Assembly: GCF_009914755.1 (NCBI RefSeq)
Contig: NC_060934.1
DNA from: the human T2T-CHM13v2.0 reference genome, Homo sapiens
Length of the DNA: 64,000 nucleotides
Reading direction: 5' to 3' (one strand)
The position numbers were made by a program, and so were the translations under genes. Below are positions 57,653-64,000 of the stretch, piece after piece. The notes below the pieces were generated by a model. That model ran no database searches, was not told the DNA's origin, and was given only the letters and a program-made list of their open reading frames with translations. Within the stretch, counting starts at the first letter, position 1, and the number at the start of each line of letters is the position of its first letter.

Positions 57653-60600
57653 GGCACCCCTCGCCAAGCCCTGACTGGGGAGTGGAGAGTTGAAAATATG
57701 CGAAGCTGTAAGACTTTCTTGTTTATTTCTGTGTCGAAGGCAAGGCAGCTTAATAGAATTTGAATATAACTAAATCCATCCACTTAGCATAACTGTGTTC
57801 CTCCCTGTAATGCAGTAGCCAAAGGTAATCTGTTTGTTATGTACTTTCCTTTATTATCCCAGCAAGTCCCACATTCTGGAAGCAAATGTTATATTTACCA
57901 TAATCCATGAAAGGAAAAAGCCCAGGCTAAAAATACAGAACAGAACAAATGTAAAACACTGCTGCTGCTCAAGGTTTGTAATTGCTCTATAAGTGAGTCT
58001 CAGGCATCTGTGTGGCACAGATACTTTTATGTGTTGTTGAAAGAGCTGGCTGAGCTTCAGATGGGTTTGCAGGAGTGTCAGGATTCAGGAGCGTCTCTGA
58101 AAGGTGCTTTGTGCTGACCAAGCAAATAATAGCAGGTTGTATGCAGGACTCCCACGTTTGAAAACATGACTGCCTGGTGAGTGATTGCATTTAATATAAG
58201 AATCAGGTAAAATTGTCCGCACAGAACCAGTTGGTGGGGTGGAGATATTAAAGGATAGAATTTTTCTGGGAAATCTATATTCTCAAATCAGCTACTGAAA
58301 AGGGTGGGGACGCTGAAGGCAGGAAGTGGAGAGCGGAAGTGAGCTGTGGGTGACTGCAGAGAGGTTGTAGCACTCTGTGCAGGGCTCCCTTCAAGCTGAA
58401 TGTAGAACAACTGCACATAAACCAGACATGCTTTAGAAAATCCAGCCAGGCCTCTGTGGTAGATAAGAAGTTGCTTCATTTATTTTTCTTTTTTTAGTGT
58501 CATTACCAGTATTGGTTGCACTACTGTAGCGTTCTGGGTGCTGGGGATCAGGTTAGGCCAGGTAGCTTCTGTTTAAAATGTGGATTTTATATACGTTGTT
58601 TACATTTTATGAGAGAATTATTCCTTATGTATACTTTTTTCTTTTTCATTTTCTAACTACTACTTAAAATCCAAGAACATTGTGAGAATACCTACCTGTA
58701 CTCTCCTCTGGTACTTTTAGACGGTGTAAAACATTTCACTAAATCCTTACAACAGCATGGAGAGGTGGGCCTCTTTGTGCTTGTTCTGTTGCTGTAGGAT
58801 CTGGCACTCTGATCCCAGCCCAGGATTGCATAGCAAGAAAGCTTCAGGAGCTGGGATCTGAACTTGGGTCTGAAGCATCAAAACCCTCCCTCTTTTCCAT
58901 TTACTACACTTCCTACAAATATTTTGTAGTATTTTACAGAGATTCATTTTAGTGAATGAATGAATTATTCAAATAATGACACCTTATTAGCAGTATTTTC
59001 CACATGTTCATGTGAGGGTTTTCCAAAAGGACCCAAAGTGTAATTAATCGAGCTTTCTACCAGAGTATCTTTTCGAACATATGGAATATATCTGTATCTC
59101 TACACGTATCTTAAAAAATGGATAAGATAATGTGTAAGCATAGCTGTGTTTCAGGTCTGAACAATCCAGCTTTCATAATGAGGAAATATCTTTGTTATCA
59201 TCTAAACAAGCAATTTGTTTTCCCTTTCCATTTTATTACTCCTTGTGTGGCCTGTCTGTGGTCATGGTTAACTGGTGGAAGGGAATTACTCACAAAGAAA
59301 GTGGATTGGAGAAGAATAACGTGGGGTCACTAAGCCACATTCCATCATTCCCCAATGGCCACACGCTCATGTGCTCTGTCGGTGATTTGTTACTATATAC
59401 CATTGCTAAATAATGGAATCTTTCTCATAATCTAAGAGGACTTTTCAGGATTCTTTCCATGTGAGGCCAGAGGCACCTTGACTCTCCCTGTCATCAGATA
59501 AGTTCATCTTGCATTTGCAACTCATAGCCACATCCCCAGGTGTGTTTATCCACATAGTGTTATCTTTGCCTGGACGTCCTGATAGCACGGGTGAAAAGTA
59601 AGGCAGCTCAGCAGCCAGCCTGTAGCCTTGGTGTGTGACATCAGAAAGGATGTGTTTATTTGAAAGAAGAAGATGGAGCTGATTTGGTCAATCTAGTTCT
59701 CTAAATTGACATTCAGATTGCAAGATGCCTAAATAAAAATTACTGGAAGTCATTAGAATGAGATCAGTGCCTGAACTAAGAGACACATTACTACGTCCTG
59801 TTTATTTATCTGATCAATCTTTCATCCATCCACCCACCCACTCCCTTGTGCCTGCCAGGCTCTCTGCTTGAGTGTGCCAGGATACACAGTGAAGGTGACT
59901 ATAGGAATGAAAAAGGGATGATGGATTCAAGAGAAACTGCTACTTGGTATTTTCAGGTTTTTGTTTTTGTGAAGGATGATACTTTGGGAAAAGGAATCAT
60001 ACTTTTCATTTGCTCTGGCTTTGCCCTCTTGGTGAGAAATTGTGGTGCCAGCAGTAGTGGTACTGACACAAAACCAGTGTCTGGACAAGTCAAATGGGTC
60101 GCATTTTAGTTTGTTTCTAAATATTTAAAGAACACTTATTTTAAGATTGTTAGATTTAGAGGTAGAAGTAATTAAAAACCAAAGCTACTTCCCTCCTTTT
60201 TTGTTTCTTTTAATATCGTGAGCCCCAGGAGCTTCTGTAGTCATTAAAAAATAAAATGCATGTGCAAAGCTTGTCCCCATAAGCTTTTTGGAGTGTGGCT
60301 TTTATGCATATAAACCAGGATGCCTTTGTTAAGTAGGGTGAGTCTTTTAAAGTGATTTGGTTCAGCGTTTCATAATCACATGGCAATATATGCAAGGCAA
60401 GTGGATTCCTCTTGTATTTAATGCAGAATTTAAGTTACAGAAACACACATAATAACGGTTTGCCGATTTTGTTAGGAGGAAATTGTCCTGATTATAATTA
60501 TCTCCACGGCATAGAGTTGAGATTTCATATTACTGTATCACTTGCAAATCCATTTTTGTGAACACCTGACCACAGGTCTGTAAAACTGCCAAGCAGAGCC

Positions 60601-60890
60601 TCGCCTGGGCTCACACACAAGGCAAGATTTCCTTCCTCCCAGCAGGAGGCATGGCACAGTGGCAGCAAAGAGGTTTCTCTCTCCCTCAGACGGCCACAGG
60701 GCAGAATGAGGAAGGTGTGTGAAATAGTACATGTATGTAAGATAGATTTTACATTAAAGTACGAGAGCGCTGCTTGTTTATTTGCATAAATGAACAGCCA
60801 TGAAAGTGACCCCAGTCCGGCAAGAAGAACGTGGCTTGATAAGGAAGGGGCTCCTCTGTTTTTTCTAAATGTGTGCATTAAGTTTCCTTG

Positions 60891-60970
60891 TATTACAGTT
60901 GAGAGAGTAAAAGGTATTTCAGCCGTACTAATATTACAACTGAGAGAGTAAAAGGTATTTCAGCCGTACT
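60891..60970. repeat. Tandem duplication, 41 bp x 2
   Basis: tattacagttgagagagtaaaaggtatttcagccgtact at 60891 and tattacaactgagagagtaaaaggtatttcagccgtact at 60932. Confidence 0.95.
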
Positions 60971-61569
60971 CAATTGGTATTTTGGGCAACAGTGAGAACC
61001 CTAAGCTGTGGGCATTGCTCATTGTTCAGATTTAGCCAGCGGAGGCCTGTGCCTGCCTTCACACAGCGTGTAACGGAAGGCATTGCTTTTGCTGACTGGT
61101 CTGGAATAGGCCAAGTGTAAATATTAGTAGTGAGTTTTGCCCAATATGCTTTTTTCTCCTATCTTTAACCAATAGAAATACAGGGCTGTAAATAATTGAA
61201 GCTGAGACGCATCCAGTGTTAGAGACATATATGAATTTTAATCACAGTCAAGGGCAGTTTGACACTCTCACTGTCTGCTGGCAAGGCGATCCACCTTTTC
61301 TGTCTTGGGTCACGATAGCATTGTGTCCTTTCTCATTCTTGAGATGCCTGGCTTCCTAAAATGACCATCTTTATTTAGATTAAGGACCCATTTAGAGTAG
61401 TTTTAATAATGTATGCTTTCATACATAAGTGGTTCCATAATTTATTTCACCATTATTCTTCTCTGTCAGGGTTCTGGAATGTTTTTGTTAATTAAGCGGG
61501 GGAAGAGCAATATCTGCCTCCAGCCAGCCAAGCTAGTTGCCCTTGTTGTTATCGATTATTATCTTAAAC

Positions 61570-61572
<3 letters not shown>

Positions 61573-61602
<30 letters not shown>
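61573..61602. repeat. (AC)15 microsatellite
   Basis: Uninterrupted AC run. Confidence 0.97.
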
Positions 61603-61605
<3 letters not shown>

Positions 61606-61801
61606 GCAAGCCCAGTAGCCTGTCAGTAAAGGCCAGTTAGTGTATTAAAAATAGCCTCAATAAACCTCATCACTCTGGTATCACTAGGGACCTTGCTCTG
61701 AGCTGGAATGCATTTGTCCTGAGTTTTAACCCATTTAGGAGAGTAACCTCCTTCTGAATGCTGCCCAGTCCCTGCCACCACACTGGCATTATTGACAGGT
61801 G

Positions 61802-62098
61802 TTTTTTTTTCTTTCCCAAGTCGGAGTCTCCTTCTGTCACCCAGGCTGGAGTGCAGTGGTGCGATCTTGGCTCACTGCAACTTCCACCTCCTGTGTTCAA
61901 GCGATTCTCATGCCTCAGCCTCCTGAGTGGCTGGGACTACAGGTGTGTGCCGCCACACCCAGCTAATTTTTGTATTTTTAGTGGAGACAGGGTTTTGCCA
62001 TGTTGGCCAGACCGGTCTTGAATTCTGACCTCAGATGATCCACTTGCCTCAGCCTCCCAAAGTGCTGCGATAACAGGCATGAGCCACCACGCCTGACC
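61802..62098 (-). mobile_element. AluS
   Basis: Reverse dimer 'gtcacccaggctggagtgcagtggtgcgatcttggctcactgcaac...ctgacctcagatgatccacttgcctcagcctcccaaagtgctg'; flanks share tattgaca. Confidence 0.95.
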
Positions 62099-64000
62099 TA
62101 TTGACACATATATTAAGGAAATGTCCCCACCCTCATCAGCAGATGCAGTTTTATTTCCCACATAGCTGAATGCACAGATCTGTGGGTTTCATGTCATCTA
62201 GGTGAAAATTCCTCAGGAACGAATCTTTTCTATAAAGTAAATATGAGCCCCGTGGCCAGAGGAGGTGGGATTTCCAGAAGCAGTGTACTAAGTAAACCCG
62301 AGGCTTTGCGCCTTGTGAGGGTGGCGTCAGGACACATTTCGTGTTCCTCTTACTGCTGCATCTCCCGTGCTCTGCTCTCACTGACTTTCTTTGGCTTCTC
62401 ATGTTCCTGTGTGCTGAGGTAGAACGTTTCCAAGCTGTCCACAGAGATCACGATTCTTTGGGTTGCTAACGAAACCTCTGAATGGAAGCCTCAAAAACAA
62501 GCTGATCGCTAAGTGTGTGTGTCATTATAAGCCCATAATTAGGAAGTTACCTCATCATCTTGCATCGACCCCGATGGAAATATACTGTCTTCAGGTATTC
62601 AGCACTTGTCAGTTGATCTCCAAAAACCCTAATGTCTTTCCCCTGTTAAATATATCCGTGATTCTATGGACACAGAAAAGCTCACAGTTAAATTTCCCAG
62701 GGGAAATGTGGTTTCCAAAATTGATACCATATGACCCTGGGAGGAGAATTAAAATTGTTTTTGTAGTAATATGGGTTGTTGTTAATATTTCTGTATCCTC
62801 CTGTCCTTGGTGAGTTTTTAGCTTTCAACATCAGTGATATCTGTTTCATTGTTGTCTTTACTAACATAAGACACAAGTCTTTCCAAGTAGTTCTGTTTTC
62901 CCTAAATCAGTCATCTAGAAAACAAACATACACACTTTGTGATTTTCAAAGAAAATGTAGAGCTGAAGGCAAGAGCACAGGTATCACGCTTTTTGTGGTT
63001 TATAATCTTTATTTTGACCTAGTTACTTTGTGACGCCCCTCCCAGCATAGCAAGTGTGTGCACTGCTATCTAAACATGAACCCTGCATGCCATGTCTTAG
63101 AGGAACTTGCGATCCACCTTGTTTTGAAAAGACTTCCTTCATAATCATACTTGAATGACTTCATTGATTTGGGAATTCCTGTTTAGTTTCTTTTGTTTGA
63201 TTGCCCTTATATAATGGTCTGCAAGAACAAACATACAAACCTAAAATCTAAAAGATACTTTTGACACCATTCAAAGTGGAGATTATGGTTGAACCAACAG
63301 TGGCTGCACTGAGCTCCAGCTTCCAGATCAGCAGTTGAGCTGCCTCTGTGTACCCAAACCTCCCCATGTCAACCAGCAGGAAGAAAACAAAACACCTGGG
63401 CAGCCATTTGTTTTCAGCTTTCACTTTTGCATTTGCTTTTGAAGCTGTGCTATGCAACACTTAAATTATAATCTGTTTATTTCTCTCACATGTGGAGCTC
63501 CCGTCTCTCCAATGAGTTTATTTAGCAAATGTTATGAATTCAGGAAAATTATGATTAATTTTGGAGCCCCAGTCTAGACCTGTCATTTTAACACTGAAGA
63601 ACTACAGTTAGATGCTTTGTGTGGTTATTAAGAAGAACAGTAATTATTTCAGTAGTATAAAAATATCAACAATGATTACAGGTGACTTTTTGGCTTAAAT
63701 ATTCAACTCCCCAACACCTTTCAAGAATGTTGTGAGATCATAAAAAGTCCAGGAGCAAAATATTAGTTAAGGAAGAATGAGGCTATTTAATTGGTTAGAC
63801 TTGTTGGTGAGAAAGGCATGCTGTTTGTAGTCTGTTTCCATGACCACAGCTGTTTCCCCACCCAGTTTTTAGTAGTATAATATTAAGCCTTAATTTACAA
63901 CTGAAAGTTTTCCACCTCCGGTCCCGTAGTCCAAATCAAGTTATTAAATTTAAACCTTATGGCTTTTCCTGTATATTCCCTGGATTCAGCTTACCACTTT

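Overview
This is primate (human-like) non-coding genomic DNA, not prokaryotic. It most likely lies within one long intron or an intergenic stretch. I could not support any host coding exon, tRNA, rRNA, snRNA or CRISPR array, and I could not identify the gene. The window contains about 12 Alu elements or monomers (one AluY), a 3.4 kb 5'-truncated L1PA-type LINE-1 with a frameshifted ORF2, older L1, L2 and MIR remnants, three solo LTRs (MLT1, MER39-like, THE1), two clear minisatellites (65 bp x ~4 and 44 bp x 6) and an ~820 bp C-rich tract. Nearly all ORFs in the track are chance or repeat-derived. The most notable observations are: (1) an apparent 27-nt LINE-1 3' transduction with its own AATAAA and a second poly(A); (2) a perfect 38-bp spacerless palindrome abutting a second hairpin; (3) a 65-bp VNTR whose junctions carry AP-1 sites; (4) an AluY junction that builds a canonical G-quadruplex motif and whose two TSD copies record opposite-strand CpG decay. 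I found no convincing novel multi-gene system. Repeat subfamily names are from recalled consensus sequences, not a database search.
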